Shown here: in pieces, positions 8,082 through 15,439 of the stretch | Numbering within the stretch: the stretch's first letter is position 1 | Layout of the letters: every line of letters begins with the position of its first letter | Assembly (NCBI GenBank): GCA_002503885.1 | Contig: DASQ01000041.1 | Location: 1 to 18,513 of the forward strand | Source: Methanoculleus marisnigri | GTDB lineage: Archaea > Halobacteriota > Methanomicrobia > Methanomicrobiales > Methanoculleaceae | Direction of reading: 5' to 3' | DNA: 18,513 nucleotides | The notes under the pieces: model-generated | The model's input: the letters and a program-made list of their open reading frames with translations, nothing else | Told to the model about the DNA's origin: nothing | Databases searched by the model: none | Position numbers and translations under genes: made by a program

Positions 8082-8966
8082 ATGTCTGGAGATCAAGATT
8101 TTACCTGTGCAAAGAACCTCGTTGCCCCGGCCGAGACAGTCCTGAAGAGTGGATCGGCGATCGTCAGGCAGTCTTACGATGAGCGGGTGAGACTCTGGTG
8201 TGCGATCCGGGAAAACTACTCCCGGTATGAGAACCGGGAATGTGGTTCCTTTGACAGTACGTTTCACCAGGTGTTCTGCTCCAAGTTCGAGGCGGCGCTG
8301 CTGACCCTCGCCGTGAGTTTCCGTCGGAGTGGCGAGAACTACGCGGATGCCGAAGGGATGTACTCCGCGGACGAGCTCGCACTCTACGAGATCATCGAGC
8401 GGTACCAGGTTCTTCCGTCCAAGAGCGAACTCATTGTCAGGCTGAGCGCGCCGGACGGGGGCGGTTCGGAGTTCCTTCAGGTGCACTACCAGCATATCGA
8501 CAGCCTCATTAACGAGATCTGCAACCGTCCGCACGCCACGAATCCGTTCCTCATCCACTACCTGAAGCATGAGTGGGAGAAGTACGATCGGAGACTGCAC
8601 GAGGTCGTGGTAGACCTCGTGCAGAAGAACGGCCTGCGATGGTTCTTCACCTACATCAATCAGGGGAGTGCCAGGGCAGAACAGATCGTCTACAATATCT
8701 CTGGCGGGTCGGTGAATCTCGGGAACGGCGTGCAGGTCATCGACAGTATCATGAACCGGGCCGGTATCGGCAACCAGTCGGAGGGGCAGTTCAGGCCTTC
8801 GAGCGGGGGTATTCAGGTTTATGATAGTGTCGTGAACCGGTCGGCCGTCGGGGGAGGGGACGACGAGGAGCAGAGGTTCTGTGCCGAATGCGGTAACCCC
8901 TTAAGCGACGGAGCGAGATTTTGTACCCGGTGCGGGCAGCAGGTAAAATGCCCACATACTTCGTGA
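8082..8966 (+). CDS. Hypothetical protein with a C-terminal zinc ribbon (CAECGNPLSDGARFCTRCG) and an internal short repeat
   Basis: 294-aa ORF with a Cys4 ribbon at the C-terminus. Two similar ~19-aa segments are VQVIDSIMNRAGIGNQSEG and IQVYDSVVNRSAVGGGDDE. Confidence 0.65.
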   Translation: MSGDQDFTCAKNLVAPAETVLKSGSAIVRQSYDERVRLWCAIRENYSRYENRECGSFDSTFHQVFCSKFEAALLTLAVSFRRSGENYADAEGMYSADELALYEIIERYQVLPSKSELIVRLSAPDGGGSEFLQVHYQHIDSLINEICNRPHATNPFLIHYLKHEWEKYDRRLHEVVVDLVQKNGLRWFFTYINQGSARAEQIVYNISGGSVNLGNGVQVIDSIMNRAGIGNQSEGQFRPSSGGIQVYDSVVNRSAVGGGDDEEQRFCAECGNPLSDGARFCTRCGQQVKCPHTS

Positions 8967-9012
8967 GATGCGCGAGTGCTTTGGCCGGATTGGAGATTTC
9001 GTGAGGGAGTGA

Positions 9013-11193
9013 ATGGCAATCTTTGGATGGATAAGGGATAAGAAGGAAACAGCTCCCGGGTGGGTTGAGAAGGGGAATCAGGCAGCAACGCCGGAAGAAC
9101 AGTGTCGTTGCTACGACAGGGCGCTCGAGATCGACATGAACTGTGCGGCTGCCTGGAACAATAAAGGCAATGCGCTTCATCTCCTCAACCAGTACGAGGA
9201 GGCGATACAGTGTTACGAAAAGGTAATCGAGATCGACCCGAACAACGCGGGTGCCTGGAACAATAAAGGCTACGCGCTTCATTCCCTCAACCGGTACGAC
9301 GAGGCGATCCTGTGTTACGACAGGGCACTTGAGATCGACCCGAAAAATGCTGCTGTATGGGGGGATAAAGGCCTCGCGCTCCATTCCCTCCGCCGCTCCG
9401 ACGAGGCGATCCGATGTTACGATAGGACGCTTCAGCTTGACCCGACAGATGCTGTTGCATGGGAGAAAATAGGCCTCGCACTCCTGAACCTCGGCCGGTA
9501 CGACAAGGCGATCCGGTGCTGCGACAGGGCACTTGAGATCGACCCGAAAAATGCAGTTGTATGGCGCAACAAAGGCTTCGCACTCCAGAAGAGCCCCGGT
9601 GGGGACAATAAGGCGATCCGATGTTACGATAGGGCACTTGAGATCGACCCAAAATGTGCTGCGGTATGGGGGAATAAAGGCTCCGTGCTCCTGGGCCTCC
9701 GCCGCTTCGATGAGGCGATCCTGTGTTGCGATAGGGCACTTGAGATCGACCCGACAGATGCTGTTGCATGGAGCAATAAAGGCCGCGCACTCCTGATCCT
9801 CAGCCGGTACGACGAGGCGATCCGGTGCTACGACAGGGCACTTGAGATCGACCCGTACGATGATGATGCATGGTACTATAAAGGCTGCGCACTCCATAAC
9901 CTCGACCGGTACGAGGAGGCGATCCGGTGCTACGACAAACCACTTGAGATCTACCCGAAATTTGCTATTGCATGGATAAATAAAGGCGACGCCCTCCATC
10001 ACCTCGGCCGGTACGACGAGGCGATCCGATGTTGCGACAGGGCACTTGAGCTCGACCCGACAGATGCAACCGCACAAAATATGCGAGACCGTATATTGGT
10101 TGAGAGCGCTAAAAGTGCTCGAAAAAACCGGTCGACGCCCCCTTGTTCGGGCGAGGCCGGGCAGTCACTGCAGCCCTCCGCACATCCCGGAGAGCCGGCG
10201 GGGACTCGACAATCCATCACCATTGAGCGCACCGTCTATGACCCCCTCACCACGGACTTCATCGTCTCCTCCCCCCGCCCCCTTGTCAACGTCAGGAACT
10301 GGATCGACCAGCACGACCCCGCCTCCTACTGGCTGGTCATCTGTGTGCACAACTACGGCGGTGCCGCCATCGACGAGTGGGGGATCGAACTGGACTCTTC
10401 GTCGTCCCTCCGGGTCCTCGACACCGCTATCGAGGGAATCGACGGGCAGATGCACCTCATGACCAGCAACCCAAAACCCTGGCAGGTAAGGTCGATCCTC
10501 GGGATCACCCGCCACCAGGGGATCGCGATCCCACGAGACGGTTCCCGCAGGGTGTACTTCAAGTTGGGCTCGGAGTCGTGCGGTATATCGCATACCATCC
10601 AGGGGAAGTTCATTATCAGCAGCGTCGAGGTTCCGATCCGCGAGAAGACCTTCACCCACTCGTGCGACGTCGCGACCCTGCGCGTCGCACTCTCAAGAAA
10701 CCCCGCCGCCGCCGGGCAGTATGCAGAGAATATCATCCGGCGTTCATACGACCGGGACACTGCCCTGAAACTTCTTCGTTCGTTCAAACTGGTGCAGGAG
10801 ATCGACCAGTGCTGCACATCGCAGAAGTACAACGAGATCCTCGACCGAATGCAGCTCCTGGCGGGAACGCTGGAGAGTATTCAGGCTGGGGACAAAGTGA
10901 CTCATCTGGTACGGCAGGGCTGCGTTGCACTGGAGATACTCGGGGATAGTGAAGCCTCGGTGGAGAAAGCACGGCGGCTCTGCAGCAACATCGTCGATAC
11001 TTGGGTGAATGAGTTTATAGGCATCGAGGACCATGCTTCCAAGTCTATGTCGCATGAAAGAGGGGGAGATGCAGGGAAATGCCCTCTGTGCGGTTCCCGT
11101 CTTGTATGGAGGAGAGCTCAAAAGAATAATGAGCTATATCGAGGGTGCACGAACTTCGATGGCGGTTGCCGGTGGAACGATCGTAGTTACTAG
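9013..11193 (+). CDS. TPR-repeat protein (10 x 34-aa TPR) with an unknown ~330-aa C-terminal domain and a terminal topoisomerase-type C4 zinc finger
   Basis: The repeats follow (A/V)W-NKG-AL--L-RYDEAI-CYDRALEIDP. The C-terminus CPLCGSRLVWRRAQKNNELYRGCTNFDGGCRW matches the zf-C4_Topoisom pattern CPxCG…GC…C. AGGGAG lies 5-8 nt upstream of the ATG. The stop codon TAG (11191-11193) is formed at the IS insertion junction. Confidence 0.8.
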   Translation: MAIFGWIRDKKETAPGWVEKGNQAATPEEQCRCYDRALEIDMNCAAAWNNKGNALHLLNQYEEAIQCYEKVIEIDPNNAGAWNNKGYALHSLNRYDEAILCYDRALEIDPKNAAVWGDKGLALHSLRRSDEAIRCYDRTLQLDPTDAVAWEKIGLALLNLGRYDKAIRCCDRALEIDPKNAVVWRNKGFALQKSPGGDNKAIRCYDRALEIDPKCAAVWGNKGSVLLGLRRFDEAILCCDRALEIDPTDAVAWSNKGRALLILSRYDEAIRCYDRALEIDPYDDDAWYYKGCALHNLDRYEEAIRCYDKPLEIYPKFAIAWINKGDALHHLGRYDEAIRCCDRALELDPTDATAQNMRDRILVESAKSARKNRSTPPCSGEAGQSLQPSAHPGEPAGTRQSITIERTVYDPLTTDFIVSSPRPLVNVRNWIDQHDPASYWLVICVHNYGGAAIDEWGIELDSSSSLRVLDTAIEGIDGQMHLMTSNPKPWQVRSILGITRHQGIAIPRDGSRRVYFKLGSESCGISHTIQGKFIISSVEVPIREKTFTHSCDVATLRVALSRNPAAAGQYAENIIRRSYDRDTALKLLRSFKLVQEIDQCCTSQKYNEILDRMQLLAGTLESIQAGDKVTHLVRQGCVALEILGDSEASVEKARRLCSNIVDTWVNEFIGIEDHASKSMSHERGGDAGKCPLCGSRLVWRRAQKNNELYRGCTNFDGGCRWNDRSY
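9100..10060. repeat. Tandem 102-bp coding repeats (TPR units) with very high DNA-level identity
   Basis: The string …tgttacgacagggcacttgagatcgacccgaaaaatgc… recurs at about 9313, 9523, 9628, 9727, 9829 and 10024. These repeats generate the spurious minus-strand ORFs 8791-10077 and 9287-9790. Confidence 0.85.
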
Positions 11194-12429
11194 TGCATCG
11201 ATTCTAAATTAACCTGACTACCCCATTTCCACCCCGGAGGGATTTGCATCCATTGTGTATGACCACTTGAATACTACTGGTGTCTGATTCAACGTATCAA
11301 CATACTGCGAAATCCGATCGGTAATCTCTTCCTTTGATTTCGCTCGAATGCCTCGCAGTACCGTCCGAGTGGTTTTACTGAAGAATGCTTCAATAATATT
11401 GAGCCAGGACGCGTGTTTCGGGGTAAAAATGAATTCGAATCGATTCGGAACCGTTTTGAGGTACTTCCGGGTTGCAACCGAGGAGTGAACCTTGAGGTTG
11501 TCCAGGATGATTTTCAATTTCATCGTGTCCGGATACTGGGTATCGAGCATTTTCAGGAACGCGATGAATTCCTCGCTCCGATTGCGTTCGGTAATCCGGT
11601 AATGAACAAATCCGGTCACCAGATCCATCGCTGCCTGCAAACAGATGGTACCGTTGCGAACATACTCATAATCCCGGCGAATGGAGGAGAATTGCCCGGG
11701 CACCGGCATCAGATCGGGGTACTTCGTATCGAGTACCTGGATGCCGCTCTTTTCATCAAACGAGAGAATAAATGTATCCGGCTCTTTGCCTTCTTTTTCC
11801 AGAATCTTGAACCTATTCGCTTCCTGGTAGGTGTGGAGAACGACGGCTGCCGTCTCGTGAAACGCTGGATCCCGTTTCTGGACATATGACCGGATTTTAT
11901 GAGGTTTTATGGCACTCGCATTGGCAATTTTTGAGATCGTCCCTTGCGAAATCCGGGCAACTTCCGGAAATCCTTCTTCCATGGCGTGTTCTCGAATATA
12001 CTGCTGCAAGAGCCGCTGCGTCCAGAGTTCATGAGGATAGCCGAAATCAGAAGGTTTCTGGCATAGCAAGCTCACGATCCATGTCCTGGCTTCGGGAGAG
12101 ATGGTTTTCGGCCGACCACTCCGGGGGAGATCGTTCAACCCCTCCCGGATACCGACAGCGAGGACGCGCTGGATGGTTCGGATCACTCTCTGACGAGAGA
12201 GCCCTAATTCACGCGCGATAGCAGAATCGGATTTGCCTTGATGGCTGAGGAGGACCATCTTCGCACGCTCGTACGTGCCCTTTTGGGTCGTGCGAGAATG
12301 AAGTAATTTCTCCAAATAGTCAAGTTCCTCATCAGATAAGAGTACGGGCTCACGGACAGAGACAAAGGGCATACTCCAAGTGGGGCGTCATGCTATTTAT
12401 TACGTTGTTTATTTGGAATCTATGCACTA
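11191..12429 (-). mobile_element. Complete IS630/Tc1-mariner-family insertion sequence with 20-bp imperfect terminal inverted repeats and a TA target-site duplication
   Basis: The terminal inverted repeats are ctagtgcatcgattctaaat (11190-11209) and the reverse complement of atttggaatctatgcactag (12411-12430); 18 of 20 positions match. TA flanks both ends (11191-92 and 12428-29). There is a single transposase ORF. Confidence 0.85.
11218..12372 (-). CDS. IS630-family DDE transposase (HTH + DDE_3, DD37E-type spacing)
   Basis: An N-terminal helix-turn-helix region (…SAIARELGLSRQRV…) is followed by catalytic D in SFDEKSG, D in ILDNLKVH and E in WLNIIEAFF, 37 residues after the second D. This layout is typical of the Tc1/IS630 superfamily. 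Confidence 0.85.
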   Translation of the reverse strand: MPFVSVREPVLLSDEELDYLEKLLHSRTTQKGTYERAKMVLLSHQGKSDSAIARELGLSRQRVIRTIQRVLAVGIREGLNDLPRSGRPKTISPEARTWIVSLLCQKPSDFGYPHELWTQRLLQQYIREHAMEEGFPEVARISQGTISKIANASAIKPHKIRSYVQKRDPAFHETAAVVLHTYQEANRFKILEKEGKEPDTFILSFDEKSGIQVLDTKYPDLMPVPGQFSSIRRDYEYVRNGTICLQAAMDLVTGFVHYRITERNRSEEFIAFLKMLDTQYPDTMKLKIILDNLKVHSSVATRKYLKTVPNRFEFIFTPKHASWLNIIEAFFSKTTRTVLRGIRAKSKEEITDRISQYVDTLNQTPVVFKWSYTMDANPSGVEMG

Positions 12430-12438
12430 GAGATGTCA

Positions 12439-12612
12439 TCCCAATATTCTCCCGATCATGACACTGCATGCCAGGTAAATCAATCCCATGAATGAGTGCT
12501 CATATCGCTCGTAACATAGACTGATCTTCTTAAATGCCTCAATCCATCTGAAGAACCGCCCTACTGCACTGCGCTTCTTGTAGAGTTCCGGATCGAACCA
12601 GAATGGCCTCCC
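12439..12612 (-). pseudogene. C-terminal remnant of an IS4/IS5-family (DDE_Tnp_1) transposase
   Basis: The minus-strand translation …WFDPELYKKRSAVGRFFRWIEAFKKISLCYERYEHSFMGLIYLACSVMIGRILG* carries the characteristic C-terminal R(I/Y)xxRYE+ motif of IS5-family transposases. Upstream the frame is broken by stops (12539-12757 is a shifted frame). It lies immediately adjacent to the IS630 end. Confidence 0.5.
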
Positions 12613-12766
12613 TCACTTTGGCTATCTTCTGGATCTCCAGTTGACTCAGTAGTCCGGTAAAATAGTTGAGGGAGTCTCCCCCGGAGAGCAAACAACTAAC
12701 CTCTCTTCGCGGTTTCGCGTCCTTCGCGTGAGACTTCGGTACTGCCTCCACCGCCACCTCACGCGA

Positions 12767-12852
12767 AGTGCGAGCGCAGCGAGCTTGAGCACCAAGAGGT
12801 GCGGGGTTTTCTCCCCCGCCCCTGGGGGGCGGGGGCCGTGCGTGGCGATAGT
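12767..12852 (-). repeat. GC-rich hairpin-containing repeat (copy A), inverted relative to copy B at 15066-15220
   Basis: The reverse complement of 12767-12852 aligns at about 90% to 15066-15107 plus 15181-15220. It contains the hairpin cccccgcccc-tgg-ggggcggggg. Confidence 0.7.
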
Positions 12853-12980
12853 CCTGAGAAATCTGTGCCTGGGTGTGGCCCAGGAACCCAGATCACACTC
12901 CCCCAATTGAGTATAATGGTTATTGGGAATCGGTCCACTAGTGCTCAAATCAGCGAAGTACTGGATCCTCTTTCACAGTG

Positions 12981-12998
12981 TGCCCACACGTAGCCACA
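12981..12998. other. Perfect 18-bp palindrome gtagccacatgtggctac
   Basis: Read directly; the sequence is self-complementary. Confidence 0.9.
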
Positions 12999-13223
12999 TG
13001 TGGCTACAGAGAGAAAACCCTGAGCAAAAACAGATAAAAGAGCGCAACCCACAACGAGCCTATCCGAAAAACCCGGCACATCTCCCTCTCGGATAAAGCC
13101 CTCGCCATCCTCGCGCAATCGACACATAATATCTTCTGATTTGTCGATAAGCTGATTGCAGAAAGCGATCCGCGATCCTGCCCGGACTTATTCCTCTTAC
13201 GGCAAACAGATCTCAAAATTCGA

Positions 13224-13298
13224 CGGGCCTGGGGGGATTCGAACCCCCGACGTCCGGGTTAGAAGCCCGGCGCTATGTCCTGGCTAAGCCACAGACCC
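13224..13298 (-). tRNA. tRNA-Arg (anticodon TCT), CCA not encoded
   Basis: The cloverleaf was folded by hand. Acceptor stem is gggtctg/caggccc; anticodon stem is ccggg/cccgg with loop cttcTCTaa; T arm is ggggg-ttcgaat-ccccc. The 5-nt variable loop and 75-nt length fit. Confidence 0.8.
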
Positions 13299-13383
13299 CT
13301 GTAGCATTCCTATACATTTTGGTCGTCTCGGGATATTAACCCTTTGAGGGGCCGGGCGCCCGACTATTAAAAAAGAAAGCGTA

Positions 13384-13779
13384 TCAGCCGGCCCGGTAAC
13401 ACGCCGACCTGATGATCTCGACCTTGGTCGGGTCTCCCCACTTCCGCCCCTCCACGTCGCGGGCGATGGTCGTTCCCCGGAACTGGACCTTGATCCGGGC
13501 CGACATCCGCTCCCGCTCCTCGAAGAAGAACGGGTTGGCGACCTCGATCCGTTTCATGCCGATGTTGAGGACGAGGAGGTCGACCATGATCCCCGGGTCT
13601 CCGGGCGAGAGGTCTTCCTCGTTGACCGAGGTTACGAAGATGCACTCCCCCGGGGCGGTCTCGGTCAGCGTGATGATGTTGTGGGCGCTGTTCAGTTCGA
13701 GGGTGCGGGCCTTGCCGGTCTTGAGTTCGGCAATGACTGACGGCGATATTCCTGTTAATGCGGCATATTTCATAGCCAT
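13384..13779 (-). CDS. Conserved hypothetical protein (~131 aa), translationally coupled to the upstream PAC2 gene
   Basis: The ORF has good coding character in a GC-rich region. The ATG at 13777-13779 overlaps the PAC2 stop (TGATG). No family was recognised. Confidence 0.6.
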   Translation of the reverse strand: MAMKYAALTGISPSVIAELKTGKARTLELNSAHNIITLTETAPGECIFVTSVNEEDLSPGDPGIMVDLLVLNIGMKRIEVANPFFFEERERMSARIKVQFRGTTIARDVEGRKWGDPTKVEIIRSACYRAG

Positions 13780-14504
13780 CACCCGTACATCGGCAGCTGC
13801 TCTCTCCGGGGCGAGGCCTCGGTCTTCTGCACCTGCTCGGCGATCTGGGACATCGCCGCCTCGATCTCCACCGCCTGTTCGAGCAGCGGGTTGATGTCCA
13901 GATTGAGGTCGTATATCTTGTTCAAGACCTCAATCGTGGCCGCCGAGGACCGCGGGTCGGGGGTGTTCACCGTCTCCCCGAGGAGTCCTATCCCCGGGAT
14001 GCCCCGTGTCTTGCACTCCGTGAGGATGCTCGCCGCGACACCGGAGATGCTCCCCATGGGAAGAATGATCGTCTGGTCCTCGATACGCTGCAGCGTCTCG
14101 CTGCTGGTCGCGATCCCAAAGACCCTTTTCTCGGGTTCGTTCGTGATGATCCCTGCGATCGTGACGATCTCCCTGATATCGAACTGGGTGAGCCAGTCCA
14201 TGATGCCGTTTGCCACCTCGTAGCAGATCATCGGGTGAATGGGAACATCGGAGATGACTGCGGCGAGGTGATCCTTCTCGTAGAGACGCACGGGGGCGTT
14301 GATCACGCCCTTCGTCATGAGGGCGACCGGCGGGAAATATTTGCTCGTGATCGCCCCGATCTGTTCGAACTCCAACTGTTCGACGAGGTATTGCAGGGCA
14401 ATACTCCCGACGAGCCCGCTCCCGGGGAACCCGATCAGCACCGTTTTTTCGGCGCCAGCGAGCGCTCTGGATATGACCTTTATATCGTCCATGGGATCAA
14501 TCAC
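13779..14504 (-). CDS. Proteasome assembly chaperone family protein (PAC2/PbaB-like) with C-terminal HbYX-like motif (…PMYG)
   Basis: The N-terminal LIGFPGSGLVGSIALQYL… is the PAC2 (DUF75) signature. The C-terminal Met-Tyr-Gly fits the hydrophobic-Tyr-X proteasome-docking motif known from archaeal PbaB. Confidence 0.75.
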   Translation of the reverse strand: MIDPMDDIKVISRALAGAEKTVLIGFPGSGLVGSIALQYLVEQLEFEQIGAITSKYFPPVALMTKGVINAPVRLYEKDHLAAVISDVPIHPMICYEVANGIMDWLTQFDIREIVTIAGIITNEPEKRVFGIATSSETLQRIEDQTIILPMGSISGVAASILTECKTRGIPGIGLLGETVNTPDPRSSAATIEVLNKIYDLNLDINPLLEQAVEIEAAMSQIAEQVQKTEASPRREQLPMYG

Positions 14505-14551
14505 ACACTCCTGGATTAGTTTAACATAGCTGGGTGTCCCTTAAAAATATT

Positions 14552-14878
14552 ATGCAGGAATACCAGATCAAGCGCGGATGCACAAAAACTCTTACCGATT
14601 CCATGGCGCAGGGTCTCCGCGACCAGTTCGGGACCGAACCCCGTGCGTCACCGGAAGGGCGCTACACCATCACCTACGGAGCGCTCCTGCGCCTTGAGGT
14701 CTGGCCCGGGGCTGAAGGCAAGACGCTGATCGTCGATACCGAGGCGAACAAAGATGCCGACGACGAGACGATCATCGACACCAACCGCCGGTTTAGGAAC
14801 TACCTCCAGCAGGTGACCGGGTATACGGCGAAAGAGCGGGCGAAGAAGGCACAGCAGGCACTGAAGGGAAAGGAATAA
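14552..14878 (+). CDS. Small hypothetical protein (~108 aa)
   Basis: ORF MQEYQIKRGCTKTLTDSMAQGLRDQFG…. The listed GTG start at 14534 is less likely than the ATG at 14552. No motif was recognised. Confidence 0.55.
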   Translation: MQEYQIKRGCTKTLTDSMAQGLRDQFGTEPRASPEGRYTITYGALLRLEVWPGAEGKTLIVDTEANKDADDETIIDTNRRFRNYLQQVTGYTAKERAKKAQQALKGKE

Positions 14879-15065
14879 CCGGATTCTTCTCTCCGGCAGG
14901 GCGTTTCTTCCATTTTGCGGGCTGTAAATCCGTATTCTTCATTCTGATTTTCGGTGCAGCGAGGTAGGGTGCTCCTGCCGTTCTGATGTCGTTGCCTGTC
15001 ACTTTGTATCTGGTCTTTTTCCGTTCTCCAGTCAATTGCACGAACCAGTGCACGGCTTTCCATTG

Positions 15066-15220
15066 GCTATCGCCACGCACTGCCCCCGCCCCTCGGGGCG
15101 GGGGGCGAAGGGAACAGTCTCTCAATCAGATCCAGAGCACCAGAGATGGGTGTCAGCGACAGGGGAGGGGGGCTTGCCCCCCTCGCACCTAACGGTGCTC
15201 AAGCTCGCTGCGCTCGCACT
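15066..15220 (+). repeat. GC-rich hairpin repeat (copy B) with an ~75-bp internal insertion carrying a second hairpin (gaggggggc-tt-gcccccctc)
   Basis: See copy A above. It sits in the 560-bp convergent intergenic region 14879-15439. The partial motif ggaggggggctt recurs at 15379-15390. Confidence 0.7.
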
Positions 15221-15439
15221 CCCCGTCGGCCCCACCCCCAATGGCGATACCCCCCACGGTCCACCGTACCGGGCTTTTCCCCCGCTTTGGTTGTTCAAAG
15301 ACAGTGGCCTTCATCCTTATCACATACCAGATCCTCTGCCCCGGCTCCACCGCCGACTCTCCATGGAGATACGAGGGACGTGGGGGAGGGGGGCTTAAAA
15401 ACCGTGCTCAAAAAACAAGCGTAAAAAAAAGTGAGTATC

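Noticed and set aside
9100-10060. Regular ~100-bp repeats that might suggest a CRISPR array
   Set aside because: The repeats are contiguous with no unique spacers. They lie within one long ORF and translate to perfect 34-aa TPR units.
8791-10077. 428-aa and 167-aa minus-strand ORFs with a repeating VDLKCPV…DRLVVP pattern (8791-10077 and 9287-9790)
   Set aside because: They are mirror images of the 102-bp TPR coding repeats on the plus strand. Periodicity alone keeps the frame open, and the plus-strand TPR reading has canonical W/G/Y/A/P positions.
12924-12943. Possible solo terminal inverted repeat of the IS630-like element (gggaatcggtccactagtgc)
   Set aside because: Only about 14 of 17 positions match the IS inverted repeat, and there is no flanking IS sequence. 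It could be chance. It is mentioned under findings only as context.
12646-12948. 100-aa minus-strand ORF and the 120-aa ORF at 15036-15398, which share the peptide HL(L/T)VLKLAALAL
   Set aside because: They lie inside the inverted GC-hairpin repeat copies. The similarity is explained by the DNA repeat, and neither has a plausible start context or coding bias.
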